Assembly (NCBI RefSeq): GCF_000219175.1
Contig: NC_015735.1
Location: 60,001-92,000 of the forward strand
DNA from: Candidatus Moranella endobia PCIT
GTDB taxonomy: Bacteria; Pseudomonadota; Gammaproteobacteria; Enterobacterales; Enterobacteriaceae
Length of the DNA: 32,000 nt
Direction: 5' to 3'
Numbering within the stretch: the first letter of the stretch is position 1; each line of letters opens with the position of its first letter. The translations under genes and the position numbers were made by a program. Of this stretch, positions 1 through 10,343 are shown piece after piece. The notes beneath the pieces are model-generated. The model ran no database searches. It saw only the letters and a list, made by a program, of their open reading frames with translations, and was not told the DNA's origin.

Positions 1-92
1 CATTGCTCCGCAAGAGCTGCTTGTGCCGACTGGTAAAAGACTGACCCAATAAGGCTGGCAAGCAGCAGCAAGGCTAAACTGTGTTTCATCAT
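1..92 (-). CDS. N-terminal fragment of a signal-peptide-bearing protein, truncated by the left window edge
   Basis: Reverse strand from ATG at 92 reads MMKHSLALLLLASLIGSVFYQSAQAALAEQ, a typical Sec signal peptide (positive N-terminus, hydrophobic core, AxA-like site). In E. coli the small exported protein YnfB is encoded next to speG, but the sequence here is too short to assign. Confidence 0.4.
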   Translation of the reverse strand, partial: MMKHSLALLLLASLIGSVFYQSAQAALAEQ

Positions 93-94
93 CG

Positions 95-614
95 CGCTGT
101 TGTTTTTGACATTAGTGCTGGAATAGGCACATTCTTAGACTTATAGTATTGTGGTATGGCAATGAATAAAAATTCATTCAGTAAAACCCCTTCTCGCTTA
201 AAACCCATTTTGGTATAGATATGGATTGCTCATGTTATCTTCATCAACAATAAAATACAGCTTATGCAGATTTAGTACCATAAAACCGAAATGTAGCGCT
301 AGGAGGTGCGCCTTGGAAACACTAGCATAGCCTTTTTACCTTGGTGCTCTCTCTGGCGCAAGAATAGAAAATTTGGCGCGCCTATGGGCCTATGGATATA
401 ATCGATATCTACCAGGCCAATGGTAATGCCTTGCTTATCAAGAATGAACCGCCGCTCGCTCATATTATGAATATTTTTCTGGTACAGATCTGTTAACTCA
501 ACATAGGCTTCGTATGACTCTTCAACCCAGTAGCGCATCATCATTATTATTAAGCTGATGAATAAAATGTAGATCATCACGTTCCAACAGACGCAGCTTG
601 ATATTCTGATGCTC
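95..614 (-). pseudogene. speG: speG (spermidine N-acetyltransferase) pseudogene, several frameshifts
   Basis: Recognisable SpeG segments lie in successive different frames on the minus strand: IKLRLLERDDLHFIHQLNNN, then MRYWVEESYEAYVELTDLYQKNIHNMSERRFILDKQGITIGLVDIDYIHR...EHQGK, then GYASVSKAHLLALHFGFMVLNLHKLYFIVDEDNM, then AIHIYTKMGFKREGVLLNEF. The 93-aa ORF 299..580 is only the central piece. Confidence 0.85.
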
Positions 615-897
615 CTCAGATATTTGGCTTATTTTTTCATTATTTAACCTCGCATACTAGCGGTGGCAGATAATCATACTGATCAATAATCGGCAATTAT
701 AACAATTGCTCACCAAAAAGCCGGCAATAGCAATGGTAACAAAAACTAAGCAACCATGATCTTCGTCAGAAGCCATCGATGCCTAGTCTATTTATCAGCT
801 TTCTGATTGAAAATTAATCAACAAGTAGCCTAAATTAGATAAATTCTACAATACTGTCAAAAAAATAACATGCGAGTTTTTATTGGAAAGTGGCGTT

Positions 898-932
898 AAC
901 AACCACCGCAGAAGCATTTCTGCGCAGTTGTT
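898..932. other. Imperfect stem-loop between speG pseudogene and dut, possible terminator
   Basis: AACAAC-CAC-CGCAGAA-GCAT-TTCTGCG-CA-GTTGTT: 7-bp inner and 6-bp outer arms with a small internal loop. A T-rich stretch (gcttttagtatttttt) follows on the + strand. Confidence 0.35.
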
Positions 933-1024
933 GCTTTTAGTATTTTTTGGTTCTTTGATGATCATCACTACCTGAACAATCACTATCCATAATGTGGATA
1001 TACCACAGTCCAAATTGTGAGTTA

Positions 1025-1483
1025 CTATTGTCGACCAGAGTGGCCAAAGCCACTTTCGTTACGTTCGCTGATATTAATGAAGGAGTTAACTAAGTTAAAT
1101 GTAGCCTGCACAATTGGTATAAAGACCATTTGTGCTATTCGATCCCCTGGTTCAACGATAAAAATTTCTTGGCCGCGATTCCATACTGATACCATTAATG
1201 GTCCTTGGTAGTCCGAATCAATCAGTCCAATCATATTTCCCAGGACAATACCGTGCTTATGACCCAGACCGGAACGCGGCATAATCACTGCTGCCAGATT
1301 GGGATCGGCAATGTGAATTGCTAGCCCAGTCGGCAGAAGGTGAGTCTCTCCTGGTGCTAGTACCAACGGTTCATCGATACAAGCACGTAAATCAAGACCA
1401 GCAGATCCTCTGGTAGCGTAAGCAGGAAGCGGAAAACAATCGCCAAATCGTCGATCAAGTATCTTAACGTCGATGTTGTTCAT
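1025..1483 (-). CDS. dut: Deoxyuridine 5'-triphosphate nucleotidohydrolase (dUTPase)
   Basis: 152-aa ORF with dUTPase motifs: [37 protein letters not shown] and C-terminal GFGHSGRQ. Confidence 0.97.
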   Translation of the reverse strand: MNNIDVKILDRRFGDCFPLPAYATRGSAGLDLRACIDEPLVLAPGETHLLPTGLAIHIADPNLAAVIMPRSGLGHKHGIVLGNMIGLIDSDYQGPLMVSVWNRGQEIFIVEPGDRIAQMVFIPIVQATFNLVNSFINISERNESGFGHSGRQ

Positions 1484-2060
1484 AATATATTCTGCAAAGT
1501 AAGAAGAAATAAAAATTAGCTTTGGTTAAGATGTCTACCTATAGCATACAATCATAAATAATATCAGACTACTGCTCCTCCATAACCAAGTAAAATGGAC
1601 TGTAACATGGCGAAAACAATTGTTATCATCTTGCTATTGCTGATGAACAGTACAAAATCAATTACAATAATTTATTATGTCACTGTAATCAACAATGTAA
1701 TCGGCTGTTAGCAGCGAAATATAGCACATATTCGTTTGTTTATGATGTTAAACCACCCATAAACAACAAATGTAGCAGCTACAAATAGCTGGTAAAGGTC
1801 CCATAACCAGATCTTTATCGTTGGTGGGATGCATAGGCGCTGTGACCAATGGTTTCTTTTTCCGCAAATATTATGTATGCTACTATTTAATGTTTAAATG
1901 TTAGGCGTAGCTTTTTAGATGAACAACATTTGCATATTATATCTTTTGGAAGACACTACGAAATAAAAATTTGCGAGCATAAATTAGCTATAATAGGCGG
2001 TTACCAACTATATTACAGCTCGAGCTGAGTTAATTGTTTTGGAGAACGGAGAACATAGAT

Positions 2061-2297
2061 ATGTCCAGAGTATGCCAAGTTACTGGCAAGCAACCGGTTA
2101 GTGGCAACAATCGCTCCCATGCAATGAATGCTACCAAACGCCGTTTTCTGCCGAATCTGCATTATCACCGTTTTTGGATGGCGCGCGAAAAACGTTTTAT
2201 CAAGCTACGCGTATCTACCAAAGGTATGCGTGTAATCGACAAGAAGGGCATCGAATTAGTTTTAGCAAATATCCTTATTCGCAGTGAGAAGAGTTAA
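2061..2297 (+). CDS. rpmB: 50S ribosomal protein L28 (bL28)
   Basis: [39 protein letters not shown]... 78 aa, matching bL28. The ORF track start (2034) is upstream of the likely ATG at 2061. Confidence 0.97.
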   Translation: MSRVCQVTGKQPVSGNNRSHAMNATKRRFLPNLHYHRFWMAREKRFIKLRVSTKGMRVIDKKGIELVLANILIRSEKS

Positions 2298-2330
2298 AGA
2301 AACATTAAAATAACAACCAGGAACTGAATC

Positions 2331-2498
2331 ATGGCTAAGGGTGTTCGCGAAAATATTAAGCTGGTTTCTTCTGCTGGTAGTGGTCACTTCTATACCACCA
2401 CAAAGAACAAGCGCAATAAAGCTGAAAAGATGGAATTAAAAAAATTTGATCCTGTTGTGCGCCAGTATGTGCTTTACAAAGAAGCAAAAATCAAATAA
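2331..2498 (+). CDS. rpmG: 50S ribosomal protein L33 (bL33)
   Basis: [55 protein letters not shown], 55 aa, directly after rpmB. It is absent from the supplied ORF track because it is short. Confidence 0.97.
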   Translation: MAKGVRENIKLVSSAGSGHFYTTTKNKRNKAEKMELKKFDPVVRQYVLYKEAKIK

Positions 2499-2547
2499 TA
2501 AATAGCCTCCAGTGCTGAAATCCTGTTGATATTGAGCTTAGTAGCAG

Positions 2548-3357
2548 ATGCCAGAATTGCCGGAAGTTGAAACTTGTCGCCGAGGGATTGCACCTTGGAT
2601 AACTGGACATGCTATTTTACGAACGGAAGTACGCAATGCGCAACTACGTTGGCCAGTAGACAAAAAAATTATCGCACTACGGGATAGTTATGTGCTTAGC
2701 GTACAGCGGCGGGCGAAGTATTTGCTCTTAGAACTTGATCAAGCATGGATTATTATCCATCTTGGTATGTCAGGATGTTTACGGGTTCTGCACCAGCCGC
2801 AGCAGCTAGAAAAGCACGATCATATCGATTTAGTCATCAGCAATGGATGTATCATCCGCTATAACGATCCGCGGCGCTTTGGTTCCTGGCTATGGTGCGA
2901 TAATCTACTCACCAGCCATATGTTGGTCCACCTGGGACCAGAACCACTGAGCGATCAGTTCGATAGCCGATGGCTGTATGCAAAGTCGCGTAATAAACGC
3001 ACGCCGATTAAGCAGTTACTGATGGATAATAAAATTGTGGTCGGTATCGGCAATATTTATGCGAACGAATCACTATTGGTCGCTGGTATCTTACCAGGCA
3101 GATCAGCCCATTCATTAAGTGCAGAAGAAGTTGCAATTGTAGTGAATAGCATTAAACAAGTGTTGATGCGCTCAATTGAGCAGGGTGGTACTACTAGTAG
3201 AGATTTTCTACAGCCTAATGGTCAGCCAGGATATTTTATAAAAGAGCTGCAGGTTTACGGCCGGGCTCGCGAACCTTGTAAGACGTGTGGAACACCGATA
3301 CAGGTAACCAAGCACAACCAAAGGAGCACTTTTTTCTGTTATGAATGTCAGCATTAA
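2548..3357 (+). CDS. mutM: Formamidopyrimidine-DNA glycosylase
   Basis: 269 aa: N-terminal PELPEVET, helix-two-turn-helix region with [12 protein letters not shown], and C-terminal zinc finger CKTCGTPIQ...CYECQH. Follows rpmBG as in E. coli. Confidence 0.97.
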   Translation: MPELPEVETCRRGIAPWITGHAILRTEVRNAQLRWPVDKKIIALRDSYVLSVQRRAKYLLLELDQAWIIIHLGMSGCLRVLHQPQQLEKHDHIDLVISNGCIIRYNDPRRFGSWLWCDNLLTSHMLVHLGPEPLSDQFDSRWLYAKSRNKRTPIKQLLMDNKIVVGIGNIYANESLLVAGILPGRSAHSLSAEEVAIVVNSIKQVLMRSIEQGGTTSRDFLQPNGQPGYFIKELQVYGRAREPCKTCGTPIQVTKHNQRSTFFCYECQH

Positions 3358-3885
3358 TTTGTAAAAATAGTACAGAATTAGTGGTCGGATTACGGTACAG
3401 CTTGCAATATTGAAGCTCCCAGTAGAAAACTGCTACTTACCCAATTTTTGGCATACTGCATTAATATAACATTGATTTTATCAGTCATAATATTGACTGA
3501 CTGGCCCGGCGTCGCGGTTACGTATTTTGTTACAATTGTTCGTTCCATAGCAGCCATAAAATCAGGCTCAAGCAAATTCAGCAGGCGCGAAAACGCGCCC
3601 TGGTTCTCATGACGGCCGTAGTACAGGCGATCATCCTAATTCTCATGGGTTAGAGACCACAGGTAATTAACCTTAACCAATTAACCAGCTAGCTGGCTAT
3701 TGCTACACGTATCTTGGACATTAAAATCTGTCGTACAATTAGTACTGGAATTGCGTGCGCTGCTGCTAACAAATTATGACCGCCACGTTGATAAAACTTG
3801 GCCACAGCTAGGTTTCATAGGGTTCAATTAGGATATGTTTAGGATATGTTAACATAATCATGTTTTCTTACTTTAATTGCGATTA

Positions 3886-6054
3886 ATGAGCTATCACGTA
3901 CTTGCCCGTAAGTGGCGACCAAAAAAAATTTCAGATGTAGTAGGTCAGGAGCATGTTCTGACGGTGATAACAAACAGCCTGTCATTAGGCAGGCTCCATC
4001 ATGCCTATTTTTTATCTGGCACCAGCGGCGTGGGAAAAACGACTATCGCGCGTATTCTGGCGAAAGGAATGAATTGCGCAACAAGCATTACTGCCTCACC
4101 TTGTGGTCAATGCGATAATTGCCGTGAAATTGAGCAGGGACGTTTCGTTGATCTGATAGAAATCGATGCCGCCTCGCGTACCAAAGTTGAAGATACCCGT
4201 GAGCTACTAGATAATGTCCAGTACGCACCTGCACGCGGAAGATTTAAAATATACCTCATAGATGAGGTACATATGCTTTCCCGTCACAGCTTTAATGCGC
4301 TGTTAAACACACTGGAAGAACCGCCAGCGCATGTAAAATTTTTACTAGCAACAACTGAACCGCAGAAAGTACCGTTAACCATTCTGTCACGATGTTTGCA
4401 ATTTCACTTAAAAGCGCTAGACATTGAGCAAATATGTATCCAACTGACGAAAGTCTTGCAACTAGAACAGATTGCAGCAGAGCCACGTGCGCTGTCACTT
4501 CTAGCCCGCGCAGCTAATGGTAGTATGCGTGACGCACTTAGTCTGACCGATCAAGCTATCGCCATGGGGCAAGGAGAGATACGAACTGAAGCAATCCGCC
4601 TCATGCTCGGTAAACTTACCACTGAGCAGCCGCTGGCTATTATAGAGGCGCTGCTAGATGCTGACGGTAGCGGCATGCTAGCGCAAATTGCGCAATACGC
4701 AGCTCGCGGGATGAATTGGGAAGGTCTGCTTATTGACATTCTCTCATTGCTTCACCGTTTAGCAATGTGGCAAATATTGCCCAACAAATTTAACGATGAG
4801 GAAGATCATGGAATATTATCTCGTTTGATTACAGTGGCTAGTCGCCTTCATCCAGAAGATTTACAACTTTATTACCAAACCCTACTGATAGGGCGTAAAG
4901 AGCTATCTTTTGCGCCAGACCCGAGGATGGGGGTTGAAATGACCCTCTTGCGTGCACTAGCATTTCATCCAGCCACAGTGGAAGTATTTACTTCCCACCC
5001 TCAGGGTGAAACTAATAAATTTAGCGCTGATACATCCCCAGGTAGCACTTCCTTAATGGTTACACCTAGTAGTACCACCCCCCTAGCTGCCAACACTGAT
5101 GATGATCAGGTCGCAGTTTCACTGTGCTCAGAACCACAAAAAATAGCAGCGGGGCACGCTTGTCATACTAGGATTCCTCCTACACCTGATGATTATTATA
5201 TCAGGCAGAATGCTAATGGCTTCAATAAAGCTGAAATAGCTATACCAGAGAATAATTCGATTGCTGGCGTTCCACCGGCAGCAGCACAATCATTAACATT
5301 TGATCATACTGCTTTGCCAGTAGTAGGTGATATATCTTCCCCACTAGCAGCAGCAGCTACCGTAGATAAAATGGTCATGCAGCAGCCGGTGCATACTGCC
5401 ATCGACTTGAATAATACGCCTGATTTGTCACTAGCAGGTGATCGCCCATTGCTGGACACAACTACGCAACTATTACATGCCCGCACCGCCTTACTACGCA
5501 GTCAGGAGAAAAAAAAAGTATGCACCCACCCAGAACAACCCACTTGCCAGCAAGCTATCAGCAAACTAGCTCGACTGGCAGTAGTAGGCGAACGCACCCC
5601 GCCGTGTCAGATGATGATAGAAGGGGAAAAATTGATGCAACAACAAGCTAACAGACCAGTGACTTACCACTGGCGTGCCAAACAACATCCCAACGTTGAA
5701 TCAGCTCCAGTGACGACTACGCAAAAATTGCGTACTAAGCTTGAACATGAAAAGAAGCAGGAACAAGCGTTATGTCTGGAAGTAGAATTGCTGGAACGCG
5801 ATTCCTGGGCGGCACAGGTGCATCGACTGGTAATACCCAAGCTAGTGCAGCAGCTGGCCCTAAATTCCTGGAAAGAAGAGTTGGCACCAGGTAAGATATG
5901 TCTACACCTACGAACTTCGCATAACCATCTAAATTCTGTTACAGCGCAAATATTACTGCGTGATGCTTTGAGCACCGATATAGGTTTGCCGGTTATATTA
6001 ACAGTTATGGAAGATGATGAGCTCGCCAATAAAACACCAATGGAATGGCGGTAA
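3886..6054 (+). CDS. dnaX: DNA polymerase III subunits tau/gamma, 0-frame ORF; lacks the last 40 conserved residues
   Basis: MSYHVLARKWRPKKISDVVGQEHVL, Walker A SGTSGVGKT, zinc-binding cysteines CGQCDNC, DEVHMLSRHSFNALLNTLEE. Start taken at the ATG at 3886, since the track begins at TTG 3877. The 0 frame ends ...NKTPMEWR-TAA at 6052-6054. Confidence 0.95.
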   Translation: MSYHVLARKWRPKKISDVVGQEHVLTVITNSLSLGRLHHAYFLSGTSGVGKTTIARILAKGMNCATSITASPCGQCDNCREIEQGRFVDLIEIDAASRTKVEDTRELLDNVQYAPARGRFKIYLIDEVHMLSRHSFNALLNTLEEPPAHVKFLLATTEPQKVPLTILSRCLQFHLKALDIEQICIQLTKVLQLEQIAAEPRALSLLARAANGSMRDALSLTDQAIAMGQGEIRTEAIRLMLGKLTTEQPLAIIEALLDADGSGMLAQIAQYAARGMNWEGLLIDILSLLHRLAMWQILPNKFNDEEDHGILSRLITVASRLHPEDLQLYYQTLLIGRKELSFAPDPRMGVEMTLLRALAFHPATVEVFTSHPQGETNKFSADTSPGSTSLMVTPSSTTPLAANTDDDQVAVSLCSEPQKIAAGHACHTRIPPTPDDYYIRQNANGFNKAEIAIPENNSIAGVPPAAAQSLTFDHTALPVVGDISSPLAAAATVDKMVMQQPVHTAIDLNNTPDLSLAGDRPLLDTTTQLLHARTALLRSQEKKKVCTHPEQPTCQQAISKLARLAVVGERTPPCQMMIEGEKLMQQQANRPVTYHWRAKQHPNVESAPVTTTQKLRTKLEHEKKQEQALCLEVELLERDSWAAQVHRLVIPKLVQQLALNSWKEELAPGKICLHLRTSHNHLNSVTAQILLRDALSTDIGLPVILTVMEDDELANKTPMEWR
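5509..5517 (+). other. dnaX: Run of nine A in dnaX, potential RNA polymerase or ribosome slippage tract
   Basis: cag gag aaa aaa aaa gta in the 0 frame. The -1 frame from 5517 stays open to TAA at 5649-5651. The +1 frame from 5519 reaches TAG after about 16 codons. Confidence 0.45.
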
Positions 6055-6175
6055 AACAATTTATGAAGACAAGCTGATGCTGGCAAGGGGAAAAATTATG
6101 GCAGATGCGCATATTAAAATGCTGCAGAGATTATTTGACGCCGAATTAGATGAAGCAAGTATACAACCAGTATAA
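6053..6175 (+). other. dnaX: Out-of-frame (+1) conserved C-terminal tail of DnaX tau
   Basis: The +1 frame translates KTIYEDKLMLARGKIMADAHIKMLQRLFDAELDEASIQPV*. It matches the E. coli tau C-terminus recalled as QAIYEEKLAQARESIIADNNIQTLRRFFDAELDEESIRPI in both length and register. Confidence 0.85.
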
Positions 6176-6551
6176 CTATCTATGATTGCAGGGCAAAAAA
6201 ATATTACTCTGACAGAGTCAATTGTATTGACTTGACTATATTGACGTCAGTAAATCAGATCAATCGCTATACATAGCACAACAAATGCTTGAGCTTTTTG
6301 TTAATTATGTCAAATGTTATCGCCGCAAGCGTATCAAACATAGTTGAACTAATGACATAACGACGTAACAGGCCATGCCGGAAAAACTATATTTGAACTA
6401 AATTCGCAGCACCAACTAACTAATAAAAGTACCGAAAGACAATATGACGACTGCTGACCGCATCAGCATGTTAAGCAAATTGATTGTACTATATACAGTC
6501 TGTTTGATCTTAATATCCTTGTATTTAGATAAGAAGAGGAGGATTGATAAG

Positions 6552-7205
6552 ATGCGTATCATGTTACTGGGCGCTCCAGGTGCTGGCAAAGGCACTCATG
6601 CAAAATTTATCATGGATAAGTACAGTATTCCGCAAATTTCTACCGGTAATATACTACGTACCGCTGTGGATGCGCAATCAGAACTAGGTAAGCAAGCCAA
6701 AGTTCTCATGGATGCAGGTAAACTAATAAACGATGAACTGATGATCGCACTTGTCACAGAACGCATCAAACAAAACTATTATCGTAATGGATTTGTGCTA
6801 GAGGGTTTTCCCCGTACCATGGCCCAGGCTTATGCTCTGAAAGAGGCGGGTATAGTAATGGATTATGTACTTTTCTTCGAAATACCTGATTCAATTATTA
6901 TTGAACGCATCGTTGGTCGCCGTGTGCATGTACCTTCAGGCAGGATTTATCACGTTAAGTTCAACCCACCTAAACAAGAAGGTAAGGATGATATAACCGG
7001 CGAACCATTGACAACCCGCACAGATGATAAGAAGTACACGCTTCATAAACGTTTGATGGAATACTATCAACAAACCGTACCCCTAATTGACTATTATCAT
7101 CAAGAAGCAGATAAGGGTAAGATAAGATATTACCAGCTCGACAGTACCCGCAATGTGAATGATATCAGCGCCGAACTGACCGCTATTCTTGAGCACGATA
7201 ACTAA
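6552..7205 (+). CDS. adk: Adenylate kinase
   Basis: 217 aa from ATG 6552: [25 protein letters not shown]-loop, [29 protein letters not shown] domain. The ORF track start at 6444 is upstream of the conserved N-terminus. Confidence 0.97.
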   Translation: MRIMLLGAPGAGKGTHAKFIMDKYSIPQISTGNILRTAVDAQSELGKQAKVLMDAGKLINDELMIALVTERIKQNYYRNGFVLEGFPRTMAQAYALKEAGIVMDYVLFFEIPDSIIIERIVGRRVHVPSGRIYHVKFNPPKQEGKDDITGEPLTTRTDDKKYTLHKRLMEYYQQTVPLIDYYHQEADKGKIRYYQLDSTRNVNDISAELTAILEHDN

Positions 7206-7232
7206 CATCATAACTGTTGAAAGATTATAGCA

Positions 7233-8693
7233 TCATAGCAAAGGCTGTGCCAACTGCACTAGCGTAATTAGTGGCTGAGGATATAACCCCAGAAGCAATA
7301 CTAACAGTGAGCATAGCAGTAACATAATACCACCTGCAGTTAGCGCCCAATTGGAATATGTATCTATTCTGCGGTTTTTCGGTGGAGATAGGTACAGTAT
7401 AACTACAATACGCAAGTAGTAAATCATTCCAATGATACTACCGACGATCATTGAACCGGTCAGCCAACCTAGATGACTTTTAACTCCTAGTACAATAATG
7501 TAGAACTTGTCGATAAAACCTAATGTCATTGGGATCCCCGCAAGCGATAACATCATCACCGTCAACACCGAAGACAAGAGCGGCTTATGCCAAAATAAAC
7601 CGCGGTAATAATATAACGAATCCACATCCTGGCCGGAGTATGGACTAGACCGCAGGCTAATAACGCCGAACGCCCCTAAGCTTGCTAACATGTACCCTAC
7701 CAGATATATTCCAACAGTTTCAAACGCCAGCTTATGGGACTGCAATGTCATTAACCCCACTAGTAAATAACCAAGATGGGTCACGGAAGCATAGCCAAGT
7801 ACCCGTTTAATATTATTTTTTTGGCTAAAGGCCATCATGTTGCCGCACAACATGGAAGCGAAAGCAATAACAGCTAACAAAAAACGTACCACTGCGTTAT
7901 TTGTCAACGGTGCGTATAGTAAGAAGCGCATAACAGAAGCAAAAATTGCAATTTTATTGGACGTTGCTAGGAAGATTGCAACTGGTGCGGGCGCGCCCTG
8001 ATAGACATCCGGCGTCCACAAGTGAAAAGGCACCAGTGACAGCTTAAAGCCCAGTCCAATGATCATCATGCCAAAACCTGTCAGCAGCATCGGCTGAGTC
8101 AGCATGCCATCATTGAGCGCTTGACCAATACCATTAAAAGAAAGTTGGCCGGTACTGACATATACTAGCGCCATCCCAAATAGCAGGAATGATGAAGCAG
8201 CCGAAGACAACAGCGCATATTTTATGCTGGCCTCCAGAGATTTTTTTTGTTTGAACGTGTATCCAACCATGCCGAATAATGGTATAGACATCAGTTCAGC
8301 ACCAAGGAATAACGTTGTAAGATGATTGGCGTAGGCAAGTAGGATACCGCCTATAGTCGCAATAAGTAATAGTAGATAAAACTCATCGCGGTTACCTGAA
8401 TACCCAGCAAGCCAAGCGTAAGCAAGAGTACTAGTCGCCAGGCTTACCATCAAAACAAGCCCCGTATAAAATATAGCAAAACCGTCGACACGAATCAGTG
8501 GCGTCACATCTAACGGGCCATTACGCACCACGTACCACAGAGATAGCATCGCCATGCTAAGCCCGAGCGTAGTCAGTATGACATTGATAAAGTGCTTGCG
8601 TCGCCAAGCAATGCATAACATCACCACTACTACCGTTAACCCAATGATTAACAGCGGTAATAATGCAATCAATTGTTGAACAGTTATGGTCAT
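7233..8693 (-). CDS. nuoN: NADH-quinone oxidoreductase subunit N
   Basis: [32 protein letters not shown]...; [21 protein letters not shown]. Start chosen at ATG 8693 to match the conserved NuoN N-terminus. Confidence 0.96.
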   Translation of the reverse strand: MTITVQQLIALLPLLIIGLTVVVVMLCIAWRRKHFINVILTTLGLSMAMLSLWYVVRNGPLDVTPLIRVDGFAIFYTGLVLMVSLATSTLAYAWLAGYSGNRDEFYLLLLIATIGGILLAYANHLTTLFLGAELMSIPLFGMVGYTFKQKKSLEASIKYALLSSAASSFLLFGMALVYVSTGQLSFNGIGQALNDGMLTQPMLLTGFGMMIIGLGFKLSLVPFHLWTPDVYQGAPAPVAIFLATSNKIAIFASVMRFLLYAPLTNNAVVRFLLAVIAFASMLCGNMMAFSQKNNIKRVLGYASVTHLGYLLVGLMTLQSHKLAFETVGIYLVGYMLASLGAFGVISLRSSPYSGQDVDSLYYYRGLFWHKPLLSSVLTVMMLSLAGIPMTLGFIDKFYIIVLGVKSHLGWLTGSMIVGSIIGMIYYLRIVVILYLSPPKNRRIDTYSNWALTAGGIMLLLCSLLVLLLGLYPQPLITLVQLAQPLL

Positions 8694-8704
8694 AGCTAAT
8701 TTAA

Positions 8705-10237
8705 TTACAGCCTGTTCGTTGCCATAATGGAACAGGCATTGACGGCAAACCAATGTTGAAGATTACTAATTGTGGCAGCTGAGGTATCCATAATTGGCTG
8801 CGGGAATAATCCAAGCAGTACTAATAGTAAGACGAGTAACAACATAATCCACCGTTCAAGCAGTGTTATATCAGGTAACGGCTTGGTATATGTTACCGGA
8901 CCGTAGTACGTACGCTGTATCATAACAAGTGAGTAGATCGATGCAAATATTAGACCAAACGTTGCAATCAACGTAATTACAGGAACTATAGAAAAACTAC
9001 CGAATAAAATATTAATTTCACCAACAAAATTTCCTGTGCCTGGCATACCGAGCATTGCGACGGCGAAGAATAGCGAGAGTGCAGGAATTAAGCCAAGTCG
9101 ACCCCACAAACCGCCCATATGCCGCATATCTCTGGTATGTAGGCGCTCATACAGCTGGCCGCAAACAATAAACATGCCGGTTGCCGACAGACCGTGTGCA
9201 ATCATATGCACTACCGCACCCTGATAGGACAATTGGTTACCGTTGTATATGGCGATCAACATCAAGCCCATGTGGGACAAGCTAGTATAAGCCACGAAAC
9301 GCTTGATGTCGTTTTGCGCGAATGCTAGCCAGGCGCCGTAAAATATCCCCACTACACCCAGTAACATGGCAATGGGAGCGAACTGGTGCGAAGCGTGGGG
9401 AAATAATGGTATACTAAAACGCAACATACCGTAAGCTGCTGTTTTCAACACAATACCCGTCAAGTCTACAGAACCGGCAGTAGGAGCCTGACTGTGGGCG
9501 TCTGGTAACCAGCCGTGCAGAGGTACTACCGGCATTTTAACCGCGAAGGCTAAAAAGTAGCCTAGCATCAATAGATACTCTATTCGTTCCGACATGGGAG
9601 TACACAAAAGATCTTCATAATTAAAGGTCCAGACACCAGTAGCATTATAGTGCACCAACACCAGGCCAAGGATAGCTACCAACATGAACAAACCACTGGT
9701 CTGGGTATAGATAAAAAATTTAGTTACCGTAGTCATACGCGACTTACCACCGTAAGCGTGATGTCCCCATAGGTAGATGAGAAACCACATTGGTACCAAC
9801 ATCATTTCCCAGAAAAAAAAGAAGAGAAACATATCAATGGCCAGCAAAACGCCGATAACAGCACCCAAAATCCACAGCAAATTAAGATAGAAGACACCAT
9901 TTTCAAGCTGAATTTCCCGCCAGGAGCAGAGAATAGCTAACACCCCTAGCAAACCGGTCATTACTACCATCAGCAACGATAGGCCGTCCAAAGCAAGATG
10001 TATGCTGATCCCAAATCGTGGAACCCATGGGATAACATACTCCACCTGCCATTGCGGCAACCCTTGGGCTTTAGCCGGTATGTATCCTCCCAGCCGCCAT
10101 AACAGCACTGAAAGCATTAGTGTCAGCCCCATAGTAATCAAGGCAATCCACTGAGGTAGTCTGGTACCGAAACGCTCGCATTGCCAACATAGTAGCCCGC
10201 CGAGAAAGGGTAGAATAATTAGCCAAGGTAATAGCAT
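8705..10237 (-). CDS. nuoM: NADH-quinone oxidoreductase subunit M
   Basis: 510 aa antiporter-like membrane protein; [50 protein letters not shown]. Confidence 0.97.
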   Translation of the reverse strand: MLLPWLIILPFLGGLLCWQCERFGTRLPQWIALITMGLTLMLSVLLWRLGGYIPAKAQGLPQWQVEYVIPWVPRFGISIHLALDGLSLLMVVMTGLLGVLAILCSWREIQLENGVFYLNLLWILGAVIGVLLAIDMFLFFFFWEMMLVPMWFLIYLWGHHAYGGKSRMTTVTKFFIYTQTSGLFMLVAILGLVLVHYNATGVWTFNYEDLLCTPMSERIEYLLMLGYFLAFAVKMPVVPLHGWLPDAHSQAPTAGSVDLTGIVLKTAAYGMLRFSIPLFPHASHQFAPIAMLLGVVGIFYGAWLAFAQNDIKRFVAYTSLSHMGLMLIAIYNGNQLSYQGAVVHMIAHGLSATGMFIVCGQLYERLHTRDMRHMGGLWGRLGLIPALSLFFAVAMLGMPGTGNFVGEINILFGSFSIVPVITLIATFGLIFASIYSLVMIQRTYYGPVTYTKPLPDITLLERWIMLLLVLLLVLLGLFPQPIMDTSAATISNLQHWFAVNACSIMATNRL

Positions 10238-10343
10238 GGCGTTTTTTGTCCCTCATTATACAATTACTCGCTACGAGTATCGGCGGTTAAATAGTTTATA
10301 ACTACCGGCCGCTCTTAGCGGGAAGACGTAAAACGTGGGATAT

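Noticed and set aside
661-777. Possible small membrane ORF (MASDEDHGCLVFVTIAIAG...) on the minus strand
   Set aside because: Only about 27 codons before a stop, with no recognisable homology; treated as non-coding.
3912-4498. Short ORFs on both strands within the dnaX AAA+ domain
   Set aside because: The conserved 0-frame DnaX product accounts for this sequence.
10071-10256. 61-aa minus-strand ORF overlapping the nuoM start
   Set aside because: It is out of frame with nuoM and encodes no recognisable product.
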